Sequence record: SRR22947727_139
Length of the DNA stretch: 63,574 bases
Direction: 5' to 3' (one strand)
The notes below the pieces were generated by a model. The model made no database searches, was not told the origin of the DNA, and saw nothing but the letters and a program-made list of their open reading frames with translations. This document shows positions 29,445 through 37,861 of this stretch, one piece after another. The position numbers and the translations under genes are program-made. Every line of letters starts with the position of its first letter. The stretch's first letter is position 1.

Positions 29445-30467
29445 TTAAAAATCAGGCCATGTATCATTAAGCCTATAACCTTCTGGGAACGGATCATTTT
29501 TAGAAACATAAAGTTCTTGTTTTCCTGTGATAAATGCAGAACCTTTAATTAAAGGCTTAATCATTTTTTTACCGTTGCTAATAACTTCTTCTTTTATCTT
29601 TGTCTCAAATGTTGATCCTATTATTGATCTAGATATAAATACTTCATTAACATCGATTTCATTTTTTTCTTTCATTAATGCAAGCCTTGCAGATGTTCCA
29701 GTTCCACATGGAGATCTATCTAATTTACCAGGTCTAATACATACTGTGTTCCACCCCTCTTTTTGTTGAGAGCTATTTACTTTCACAGGTTCAATGAATT
29801 GGCAAAATGAAATATAATCTAAAGAAGAAATGGTCGGATGAGAAAAACTAAATTCTAGATTTGCAATTTTTATAATTTCTTTTGCTATTTCAACAAATTT
29901 TTTTGCATTCTTAGGTTCAATTGTTAAATTAAAATCTCTAGCATTACATATTATAAAGGTATCACCTCCAAACACTGTACTAACTATTATTTCTCCATAA
30001 GTTTTAGTTTTAAGTTTAACATCCATTAAATCAACAAAAGATGGGAGATTTTCAATTTCAACAGATTTAGTAATTTTATTTTTTACTTCAGCTTTTATTG
30101 CAATTAAGCCTCCAGGAGCTTCAAGAGTAAAATTAGTATAGGGTTCAGTAGACTTTATAAGATTTTTTTCTAATAATACTGTCGCTACACATATACTATT
30201 TGAACCACTCATTGGTGGATTGTCTTCAGGTTCCATGATTATAAACCCCGCTAAGGCTTCTTTATTTTTTGGTTTTACAATTAAGTTACAGTGCTTAAAA
30301 ACTCCTCCCCTTGGTTCATTTAATACAAAGTTTCTTAGTTTTTTATTTTCAAATAAATATTTTGATTGTTCAAATATTGTCTCTCCCTCTAATTTAATAT
30401 CACCCGCAACAATAACATCGCCAATTTCACCACAACAATGAGTATTATAAATTTCAATAATTGACAT
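29445..30467 (-). CDS. Proline racemase family protein (Ser/Cys active-site pair)
   Basis: HCCGE, EPRG, PMSGSN, DRSPCGTGTSAR, DPFPEG. Confidence 0.9.
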   Translation of the reverse strand: MSIIEIYNTHCCGEIGDVIVAGDIKLEGETIFEQSKYLFENKKLRNFVLNEPRGGVFKHCNLIVKPKNKEALAGFIIMEPEDNPPMSGSNSICVATVLLEKNLIKSTEPYTNFTLEAPGGLIAIKAEVKNKITKSVEIENLPSFVDLMDVKLKTKTYGEIIVSTVFGGDTFIICNARDFNLTIEPKNAKKFVEIAKEIIKIANLEFSFSHPTISSLDYISFCQFIEPVKVNSSQQKEGWNTVCIRPGKLDRSPCGTGTSARLALMKEKNEIDVNEVFISRSIIGSTFETKIKEEVISNGKKMIKPLIKGSAFITGKQELYVSKNDPFPEGYRLNDTWPDF

Positions 30468-31615
30468 TAAATTATCAAGTCTTCAATTTTTTTAGAGAAA
30501 TTTGTAATTTGCTCATAACCGTTTTCAGTAATTATAAAGCTGTCACCAACTTGGGCACGAAAATTTTCTTCATTAGCAGAACCATCAACAGCAAAAACCA
30601 TTCCAGGTTGTAAAATTGTTTTATTTCCTGAAACTAGCTGGGGTTCCTCAAGCATGCTAAAGCCAGTTGCTCTTCCACATCTAAATGTTGGGTAAGGATA
30701 GCCAGCACTTTGAATAGTTTCTGCGTAAGCTGCATGAACATCTTCAGCCTTAACACCAGGGCCCAAAACACTTAAGGCTGCTTTTTGTGATTGCACAGCA
30801 GTTTCATAAGTTTTAATTTGTGATTCATCGCGAATTTCTTTCAACCAAAATGTTCTATCAAAACCAAGTTTAAATTTATGAAAGTTTGTCATGCCACAAA
30901 AACACAAAAATACAGGCTCTCCATCTTTGATTAATTTTGTTGAGGATCGATGGTGAGTTTTGGGTAAATCTTTTCCAGAAGCCATAATTTGTAAAAAGTG
31001 AATTAAAGGAGAAATATTACTTTCCTTGAATTCATTTTCTAGAATTTCAGCAGCTTTCCTTGTACCTGCCTGAGAGGTTGCTAAAGCTACTTCATATTCA
31101 GGTACATTGTGTCCAATTGCATCTTTTCCAGCATGCATCATTGCTTCCGCAACTTTACCCGCTGACTTAGCAATTTTGAGCTCCTCTTCAGTTTTTATCA
31201 TTCTTATTAAATCTAAAATTGGTGAAATATTTTTAAATAATTTTTGCTCGTATAATGATGATATGTAATTTAGAACTAAAGTGCTGATTTTAAGTTTTTC
31301 AATTGCTACATTAGTATTTTTTTTTATATACTTTGGGAGCTCTTCTCTCCATTCATTATCAACACCATCATTCCATGTAATTATTTTATCGACAGGACAA
31401 TTTTCCTTAACTAAATGTGCATCAATGAGCGGGGTAATCAATAGAGTATCTGCATCTTTTGGAACTAATAAAAGGGTTGGTCTACCAAAAGACATATGTA
31501 AGAAATCATAATAGCCTGTAAAATAGTAGATAGAATCATCATCAGTAATGACAGCTAAATCAATATTATTTTTGGTAAGATCTTGTTTTAATTTTTCAAG
31601 ATTTTTTTTAAACAT
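30467..31615 (-). CDS. M24 (pita-bread fold) creatinase/ectoine-hydrolase-like protein
   Basis: Creatinase-type N-domain (IYYFTG), RMIKTEEE, DRTF, LQPGMVFAV, IITENGYEQIT. Confidence 0.85.
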   Translation of the reverse strand: MFKKNLEKLKQDLTKNNIDLAVITDDDSIYYFTGYYDFLHMSFGRPTLLLVPKDADTLLITPLIDAHLVKENCPVDKIITWNDGVDNEWREELPKYIKKNTNVAIEKLKISTLVLNYISSLYEQKLFKNISPILDLIRMIKTEEELKIAKSAGKVAEAMMHAGKDAIGHNVPEYEVALATSQAGTRKAAEILENEFKESNISPLIHFLQIMASGKDLPKTHHRSSTKLIKDGEPVFLCFCGMTNFHKFKLGFDRTFWLKEIRDESQIKTYETAVQSQKAALSVLGPGVKAEDVHAAYAETIQSAGYPYPTFRCGRATGFSMLEEPQLVSGNKTILQPGMVFAVDGSANEENFRAQVGDSFIITENGYEQITNFSKKIEDLII

Positions 31616-31638
31616 CTTAAGTTATCATTAAATAAAAA

Positions 31639-32796
31639 TTAAATTTTTAATTGTTGTTCTGCAAGCTCTACCCAATAAGAAGAACCTTTCACTAATAACT
31701 CATCATTAAAATCATAATCTGCTGAATGTAATGGCCTTCCATATGAGCCTGAAGTTCCATTGCCCATTAATAAAAAGCATCCAGGAGTATTTTCTGACAT
31801 AATTGAAAAATCTTCTGAAAAAGGTCTTGGATCAATATCACCATTACATTTATCTTCACCTAATAAAGTTACAGCAGCTTTTGTTGCTGCTTCTGCTTGT
31901 TTAGGTTGATTAAAAGTAACTGGACAAGTTGTTTCATACTTTACTTCAGCAGAAACTCCAAAAGATTCGCAAATACCTTCTACAAGTTGACGCATATTTT
32001 TTTCAATCATCAAGTTCGTATCTTGAGAAAATGCTCTAGCATCTCCTTTTATTAAACCATTACCGGGTAATACATTTTTTTTACCATCGGTAATAAATTC
32101 AGTCACAGAGACAACTCCAGCTTGTACAGGATCTAATTTTCGTGAAACAATTGTTTGTAATGCTAATATTATTTGACTGCCAATTGTAATTGTATCTTTT
32201 GACATATGTGGTAAAGCAGCGTGACCACCCTTACCTTTAATTAAAATTTCAAATAAATTTTCACTAGTGGTAATGCCACCTTTTCTTGTTCCAAATTCTC
32301 CTAACTCCATTCCAGGTATGTTATGCATTCCATAAACTTCATCTATGGAAAAATTAGTAAACAAACCTTCCTCAATCATTGTTTTGGCTCCAAGGGTATT
32401 CTCTTCATCTGGCTGAAAAATAAAATAAATAGTGCCATCAAAATTTCCTTGTTCTGCTAAATATTTTGCAGCACCTAATAACATCGTTGTATGCCCATCA
32501 TGACCACAAGCATGCATTCTATTTTCAATTGTAGATTTATAAGAAAAAGAATTTATTTCATTTATTGGTAAAGCATCCATGTCAGCTCTAATGCCAATAC
32601 TTTTATCACTAGTACCTTTTTTTAAAACGCCCACTACTCCTGTTTTAGCAATTCCTTGATGAACTTCTATGCCAAAATCTTTAAGCAAATTAACTACTTT
32701 ATTTGAAGCGTATTCTTCTTCAAAACTAATTTGGGGATGCATGTGCAAGTCATGTCTCCACTCAACCAACTGATTGTGCAGTCCTTGTGTTTTCAT
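31639..32796 (-). CDS. M20D amidohydrolase (hippurate hydrolase/aminoacylase type)
   Basis: RADMDALP, MHACGHDGH, FQPDEE, GMHN, GGHAA.PH, SEDF, LH...YDFND. Confidence 0.92.
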   Translation of the reverse strand: MKTQGLHNQLVEWRHDLHMHPQISFEEEYASNKVVNLLKDFGIEVHQGIAKTGVVGVLKKGTSDKSIGIRADMDALPINEINSFSYKSTIENRMHACGHDGHTTMLLGAAKYLAEQGNFDGTIYFIFQPDEENTLGAKTMIEEGLFTNFSIDEVYGMHNIPGMELGEFGTRKGGITTSENLFEILIKGKGGHAALPHMSKDTITIGSQIILALQTIVSRKLDPVQAGVVSVTEFITDGKKNVLPGNGLIKGDARAFSQDTNLMIEKNMRQLVEGICESFGVSAEVKYETTCPVTFNQPKQAEAATKAAVTLLGEDKCNGDIDPRPFSEDFSIMSENTPGCFLLMGNGTSGSYGRPLHSADYDFNDELLVKGSSYWVELAEQQLKI

Positions 32797-32800
32797 TTAA

Positions 32801-34243
32801 CTAAAGAGAATTAAACTCTTTAATTTTTTCATCAAGTGAAATCATATCTTTGTAATGCTTGTCCCAGAAAGATTGAGATCTTCTACTTTCAAACTCTTCT
32901 AAACTAGTTCCTTGTTGCTCAACCCATGTATAATAACCTAAGTTAAATATCCTCTCTTTATCAATTTGACTTAATTCCAAAGTATGATCTATTGTTATTG
33001 CTTCAAAATTTTTAGCAAAAATTTCTGCACAAGTGACCTGATCATAAATTTTACTAAATTGTTTTTTTGTTTTAGCTAGTTCTGTTTCATATAAATCAGC
33101 TCCATCAGTTGCCACTGTTATAATAGCATCATTTTTTGATAGCTTCATTTTTTTAGCAAGTTTTATTGAAGCAATAATATTGGCAATTGAAGAAAACCCA
33201 AACTCAGGCAATCTATCTACAAAATCTGAATCAAATCCTTTTCTTTTTGTTAAATAATTTTTACCTTCATCCGTATTGAATAATAAATTGAGATTATTTG
33301 TAGCTTCGTCCGATACACCAACTACATAATCTGAATTCATGACATTATGTATTAAAGGCACATGTTTGTCGCCAATACCTTGAATATTATGTTCACCATA
33401 ACCATTATAAAGAAGAGTTGGACATTCAGTAGCTTCAACAACTGCAATTTGCGCATTAAGATTTTCCTTTAAATAATCTCCCGCAGCTAATGTTCCGCTT
33501 GAACCAGATGCAGAAACATAAAACCGAGCTTGAAGATCGGATTCGCCTTTAACTTTTAAAAAAGATTTTTCAAAAGATGCGCCAGTAATTGCTCTATGAG
33601 TTGCATAATTATAATATTCATCAAATTGATTAATAATATCATTATTTTTATCTTTCTCTAATTCATTACAAGCATCATAAATTTCTTTAACATTACTTTC
33701 TGTGCCAGTAGTTTTAATAATATCATTTTTATCTTCAACCCATTTTTCAAGCCAATTAAATCTTTCCTTGCTCATCCCTTCAGGAAGAATTGCTACACTT
33801 TTGAAACCTAATATTTTAGAAATAGCAACGCCTCCTCTGCAGTAGTTTCCTGTAGAGGGCCAAACAGCTTTTTGTTTAGTATAATCGAATGAACCATTCA
33901 AAATTCTTGGCAATAAACAACCATATGCCGCCAAAACTTTATGAGCTGTTATAAGTGGAAAATATCTACCAAGATTGACAATTATTTTTGCGTCAACTCC
34001 AGTGAACTCACTTGGTAAAACAATATGTTCGGGAACATCTAAAAATTTACTATGATCTCTTTTATTAAACCAGTGTACTCTAAATAAATTTGCTGGGTCC
34101 ATTGCATCTTTATCTAGTTTTAAAACTTTATTTTTTATTTCCTCACTTATTGAATGTGGGTTTTTCAATTCAGATATTTTAGGAAGAACAACACCTTTTT
34201 CCTTAAAATATTTTGCAGTTTTTTCAACAATGTTACTTTGCAT
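32801..34243 (-). CDS. Fold-type II PLP-dependent enzyme, function unknown
   Basis: AHKV (PLP lysine), WPSTGNYCRGG, PEGMSKER, SGSSGT, IQGIG. Confidence 0.82.
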   Translation of the reverse strand: MQSNIVEKTAKYFKEKGVVLPKISELKNPHSISEEIKNKVLKLDKDAMDPANLFRVHWFNKRDHSKFLDVPEHIVLPSEFTGVDAKIIVNLGRYFPLITAHKVLAAYGCLLPRILNGSFDYTKQKAVWPSTGNYCRGGVAISKILGFKSVAILPEGMSKERFNWLEKWVEDKNDIIKTTGTESNVKEIYDACNELEKDKNNDIINQFDEYYNYATHRAITGASFEKSFLKVKGESDLQARFYVSASGSSGTLAAGDYLKENLNAQIAVVEATECPTLLYNGYGEHNIQGIGDKHVPLIHNVMNSDYVVGVSDEATNNLNLLFNTDEGKNYLTKRKGFDSDFVDRLPEFGFSSIANIIASIKLAKKMKLSKNDAIITVATDGADLYETELAKTKKQFSKIYDQVTCAEIFAKNFEAITIDHTLELSQIDKERIFNLGYYTWVEQQGTSLEEFESRRSQSFWDKHYKDMISLDEKIKEFNSL

Positions 34244-34245
34244 AA

Positions 34246-34905
34246 TTATATCTTTCTTTGTTTAAAACGTTTTTCTAACTTCATGGCAATAATGGCAGAG
34301 GGAATAGATACTATTAAGAAAAATACTCCAACTAAAGTCATTGGTTCTAGATATTTATAATGACTATTACTATACTGGTCTGCGGCTCTGAATAATTCAA
34401 CGACTGTGATAGCTGCAAGTAAAGGAGTCTCTTTAAACATAGTAATCAAGTAGTTAGCAAGAGGCGGAATCATAGGTGGAATAGCCTGTGGCAAAATTAC
34501 ATTTTTCCAAGTCTGATATTGATTGTAGTTCAATGATTTTGCAGCTTCCCATTGACCTTTGTGGACATTATCAATTCCTGCTCTAAAAACTTCTGCAGTG
34601 TATGTACTAAAATGAATACCAAGAACTAAAACTCCGCAGGTAAAAGCTTCAAAAAAAATACCAAAATCAGGCAAAACATAAAACACTACATACAGTTGAA
34701 CTAAAATTGGAGTTCTTCGAATAAATTCTGTAGTCCAATATAGAACAAACCTCAAAATTTTACTTTTGGACATTTTTAAAATAGCTATTCCAAGACCCAA
34801 AACGTAAGCAAGGATTGAAGCAACAAATGTTGCCTGAATAGTTACCACAACCCCTTTTGCTAGTTGTGGCAGTACATCAAAAGCAACTTCCCAACTCCAA
34901 TACAT
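34246..34905 (-). CDS. ehuD: Ectoine-type ABC permease EhuD; start 34905
   Basis: EFIRRTPILVQLY, AEVFRAGI, GQWEAA, NYLITMFKETPLL. Confidence 0.85.
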   Translation of the reverse strand: MYWSWEVAFDVLPQLAKGVVVTIQATFVASILAYVLGLGIAILKMSKSKILRFVLYWTTEFIRRTPILVQLYVVFYVLPDFGIFFEAFTCGVLVLGIHFSTYTAEVFRAGIDNVHKGQWEAAKSLNYNQYQTWKNVILPQAIPPMIPPLANYLITMFKETPLLAAITVVELFRAADQYSNSHYKYLEPMTLVGVFFLIVSIPSAIIAMKLEKRFKQRKI

Positions 34906-34906
34906 T

Positions 34907-35575
34907 TTAATTCTCTCCTGCAATCATAATATTTCTTCCCTTAGAAAATTTGTTAGCAATTATGTCGACAATCTTCACTAAAATTGAAGCGATGATAAAA
35001 TAAATAACTAATATCACGAGGAAAGGTTCTAAAGTTAAAGCGGTCTGTACTCTAATTATATGAGCCATAAATGTTAAGTCAGAAATTGTAATAAGAGATG
35101 CTACTGAAGTTAATTTTAAAAGTTCAATTAATAAATTTCCAAAAGTAGGAATCATGACAGGAATTGCTTGAGGAATAATTACGTACCTATATCTTTTGTA
35201 TGGAGGATAATTTAATGCCAATGAAGCCTCGTGTTGTTCTTTGCCTACAGCAAGAACTCCACCTCTCACTACTTCTGATCCATAAGCTCCAAGATTGCAA
35301 CCAATAGCAACAACACCAGCAGTTAAAGCATCAAAATAAATTCCCCACATTGGTAATACAAAATAAATAAAAAACATTTGAACGAGAGCGGAGCTACCCC
35401 GAAAAAATTCTAAATAAATTATAGCTATAATTCTAACTATTTTAAATTTTGATATTCTTGATAAGCCGACAACAAAAGAAATAACAAGAGCTAAGATCGC
35501 GCTTAAAACTGTTAAAATAATTGTCGTAATTGTACCATCGATCAGAATGGGATAAAATGCTAGAACTTCTTTCAT
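34907..35575 (-). CDS. ehuC: Ectoine-type ABC permease EhuC; start 35575
   Basis: EFFRGSSALVQMF, GAYGSEVVRG, FGNLLIELLK, DLTF. Confidence 0.85.
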   Translation of the reverse strand: MKEVLAFYPILIDGTITTIILTVLSAILALVISFVVGLSRISKFKIVRIIAIIYLEFFRGSSALVQMFFIYFVLPMWGIYFDALTAGVVAIGCNLGAYGSEVVRGGVLAVGKEQHEASLALNYPPYKRYRYVIIPQAIPVMIPTFGNLLIELLKLTSVASLITISDLTFMAHIIRVQTALTLEPFLVILVIYFIIASILVKIVDIIANKFSKGRNIMIAGEN

Positions 35576-35578
35576 AAT

Positions 35579-35611
35579 AAAAAAAAATTGCCCTGTAATA
35601 ATACAGGGCAA
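35579..35611 (-). terminator. Intercistronic hairpin with U-tract between ehuB and ehuC
   Basis: TTGCCCTGTA-ATAA-TACAGGGCAA at 35588-35611, followed on the minus strand by about 9 T. Confidence 0.8.
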
Positions 35612-35629
35612 AGTATTTTAAAGTTTAAT

Positions 35630-36472
35630 TTATTTTCCGTCTGGACATCTTGTCAGATATGATTCACCAGCAGTTGCTTCTGCTGAAAACCCATATGGCT
35701 CAATAATAGCTGCAAACTCGCCAGTAGCTTTAAGTTTTGCTAATGCCATATTGTATTCTGCTCTGAATTCAATATCATCCATATTGAAAGCAGCTCCAGC
35801 ACACCCAATTGGAACTCCAGAAATAGGCATAACTAATTCTAAATTAGAATCATTTGTTTTGTTTAACAAATCTTGAGTTCCTAAACCAGAAAGAGCAAAT
35901 ACATCAACTCTACCCTGTTGAAGCATTTTGATACCACTTGGAGGTGTATCGAAATAAACTATTTGATCTGCTTTAACGCCTCTTTCTAAAGCATATTTTT
36001 CTTCAGCACATCCAGCACAAGTAGTCATTTTTAAAGCAGGTTGTGCGGCGATATCTTCATAAGTAAGTAAGTTATTAGGATTTCCAGCAGGAACTGCAAA
36101 AGCTTCAGCCCCACATAAATCAGGCTCTGAATAAATAATAGACTCACATCTGTCAGGCTTGATATAAAGGCCTGAAGTTGCCATATCTACTCTTCGTGCC
36201 TGAAGTGCAGGTATCATAGCTCCATACATTATTACTTCAGCTTTTAAATCTGGAACACCAAGAATATTTAATACCGCTCTTGCAACATCTGGAGCAGCAC
36301 CAGTTACATATCCGTCAGTTTTAATATCACTGTATGGTGGTTCATTTGCAACAGCAACAGTTGCATAACCCTGCTTCTTTAATCTTTTTAATGTATCAGA
36401 CTCAGCAAAAGAAACGTTAGCTGAACCTAAAAGAATTAAAAAAGAAGCAAAAAATAAAATTATTTTTTTCAT
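35630..36472 (-). CDS. ehuB: Ectoine/hydroxyectoine ABC substrate-binding protein EhuB
   Basis: Signal peptide, ANEPPY, GAAPDVARA, YGAMIP.LQARR, GLYIKP.RC, GNP. Confidence 0.87.
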   Translation of the reverse strand: MKKIILFFASFLILLGSANVSFAESDTLKRLKKQGYATVAVANEPPYSDIKTDGYVTGAAPDVARAVLNILGVPDLKAEVIMYGAMIPALQARRVDMATSGLYIKPDRCESIIYSEPDLCGAEAFAVPAGNPNNLLTYEDIAAQPALKMTTCAGCAEEKYALERGVKADQIVYFDTPPSGIKMLQQGRVDVFALSGLGTQDLLNKTNDSNLELVMPISGVPIGCAGAAFNMDDIEFRAEYNMALAKLKATGEFAAIIEPYGFSAEATAGESYLTRCPDGK

Positions 36473-36520
36473 AATTTTTCTCCCTTAAGTTTTATAATTT
36501 GAAATTAACACTATCTTTGT

Positions 36521-36595
36521 TGCGAATGTGACTTATTATTGAGTATTTTTTGCATAAAAAATGCAAAATTTAATTAAATATGCATAATTTATGTG
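36521..36595. promoter_or_regulatory. Putative Lrp/AsnC operator array
   Basis: Palindrome TTTTGCAT-AAAAA-ATGCAAAA at 36548-36568; related TGCATAATTTATGTG at 36581; weaker TGCGAAT at 36521 (30-bp phasing). Confidence 0.55.
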
Positions 36596-36610
36596 ATATA
36601 GTACCAAATG
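36594..36610 (+). promoter_or_regulatory. Extended -10 (TGaTATAGT) 5 nt before the regulator ATG; probable leaderless mRNA
   Basis: TG at 36594-95, TATAGT at 36597-36602, ATG at 36608, no SD. Confidence 0.55.
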
Positions 36611-37072
36611 GACAAAATAGATTCATTTGATCTAAAAATTCTTAAGTTAATTCAAGAAAATAACAAAATAACATCAGAAATTTTAGCAAAAAAAGTTGGC
36701 TTATCTTCATCAGCTTGTCAAAGAAGAATAAATTCAATGCGCAAAGCCGGTATTATACAAAAAGACGTTTCTATTATTAACCGCAATGTTCTTGGTCGAA
36801 AAATTACTATTGTTGTTCAAGTTCTTAGCGACAAGGAAGGAGTTGAGTACAGTGAAGAATTTAAAAAAATAATGATTAAAGCACCTGAGGTTATGCAATG
36901 CTATTATGTTACTGGTGATTACGATTATGTATTAATTGCTACTTTTGTAGATATGGAAGAGTATGAATTATTTACCCAAAAGTATTTTTTAAATAATACA
37001 AATATAAAAAGATTTAGTTCTATGGTTGTAATGAATTGCGTTAAGGAAAACTTATCTATTCCTCTTAATTAA
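36608..37072 (+). CDS. Lrp/AsnC family transcriptional regulator (DoeX/AsnC-like position)
   Basis: D..D.KIL, LAKKVGLSSSACQRRI HTH, CYYVTGDYDY. Confidence 0.93.
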   Translation: MDKIDSFDLKILKLIQENNKITSEILAKKVGLSSSACQRRINSMRKAGIIQKDVSIINRNVLGRKITIVVQVLSDKEGVEYSEEFKKIMIKAPEVMQCYYVTGDYDYVLIATFVDMEEYELFTQKYFLNNTNIKRFSSMVVMNCVKENLSIPLN

Positions 37073-37841
37073 TATTACTAATAAACTTTTTTAGAAATGA
37101 TTTTGTACGCTCTTCCTTAGGATTAGAAAAAATATCACTAGGTTTTCCAGACTCAACAATTTGACCATTATCAAAAAACAAGACTCTATCTGCAAAATCT
37201 CTTGCAAAATTCATTTCGTGAGTGACTGTCAACATTGTTGTATCTGAGTTTGATGCCAATTTATGCAATACTTGCAAAACCTCATCTACTAGTTCAGGAT
37301 CTAATGCAGATGTTACTTCATCAAATAACATAATCTTTGGGTCCATTGCTAATGCCCTAGCTATAGCAACTCTTTGCTGTTGACCTCCTGATAATTGATG
37401 AGGATAATGATCTACTTTATCACTTAAACCAATCATGTTAAATAATTCCGAAGCTTTATCATGTGCTTCAGATTTATTTTTTTTCTTTATTAGAATTTGA
37501 GGTTCTTGAACATTCTCTATTGCAGTTAAATGTGGAAATAAATTAAACTGTTGAAATACCATTCCAATATGATCACGCATTTTTTGTAAATGTTTGTCTG
37601 AGGCATTAACAATTTTACCTGCATTTTTTTCATGCCATAAGTACTCATTGTTAACTAAAACAAAACCATCATCAATCGTTTCCAGGGTCATTAATATTCT
37701 CAAAATTGTTGTTTTTCCTGAACCACTAGGTCCTATTAATGCAAGTTTTTCACCATCTTTAACTTCTAAACTTAACTGATCTAAAACTTTTAAGTCTCCA
37801 AACGACTTAGAAACTTTTTCAAACTCAATAATATTATTCAT
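37065..37841 (-). CDS. ehuA: Ectoine-type ABC ATPase EhuA
   Basis: GPSGSGKTTILRILMTLE, LSGGQQQR, FDEVTSALDPEL. Confidence 0.88.
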   Translation of the reverse strand: MNNIIEFEKVSKSFGDLKVLDQLSLEVKDGEKLALIGPSGSGKTTILRILMTLETIDDGFVLVNNEYLWHEKNAGKIVNASDKHLQKMRDHIGMVFQQFNLFPHLTAIENVQEPQILIKKKNKSEAHDKASELFNMIGLSDKVDHYPHQLSGGQQQRVAIARALAMDPKIMLFDEVTSALDPELVDEVLQVLHKLASNSDTTMLTVTHEMNFARDFADRVLFFDNGQIVESGKPSDIFSNPKEERTKSFLKKFISNIN

Positions 37842-37861
37842 CGATTTTAATTTCTAGTTGA

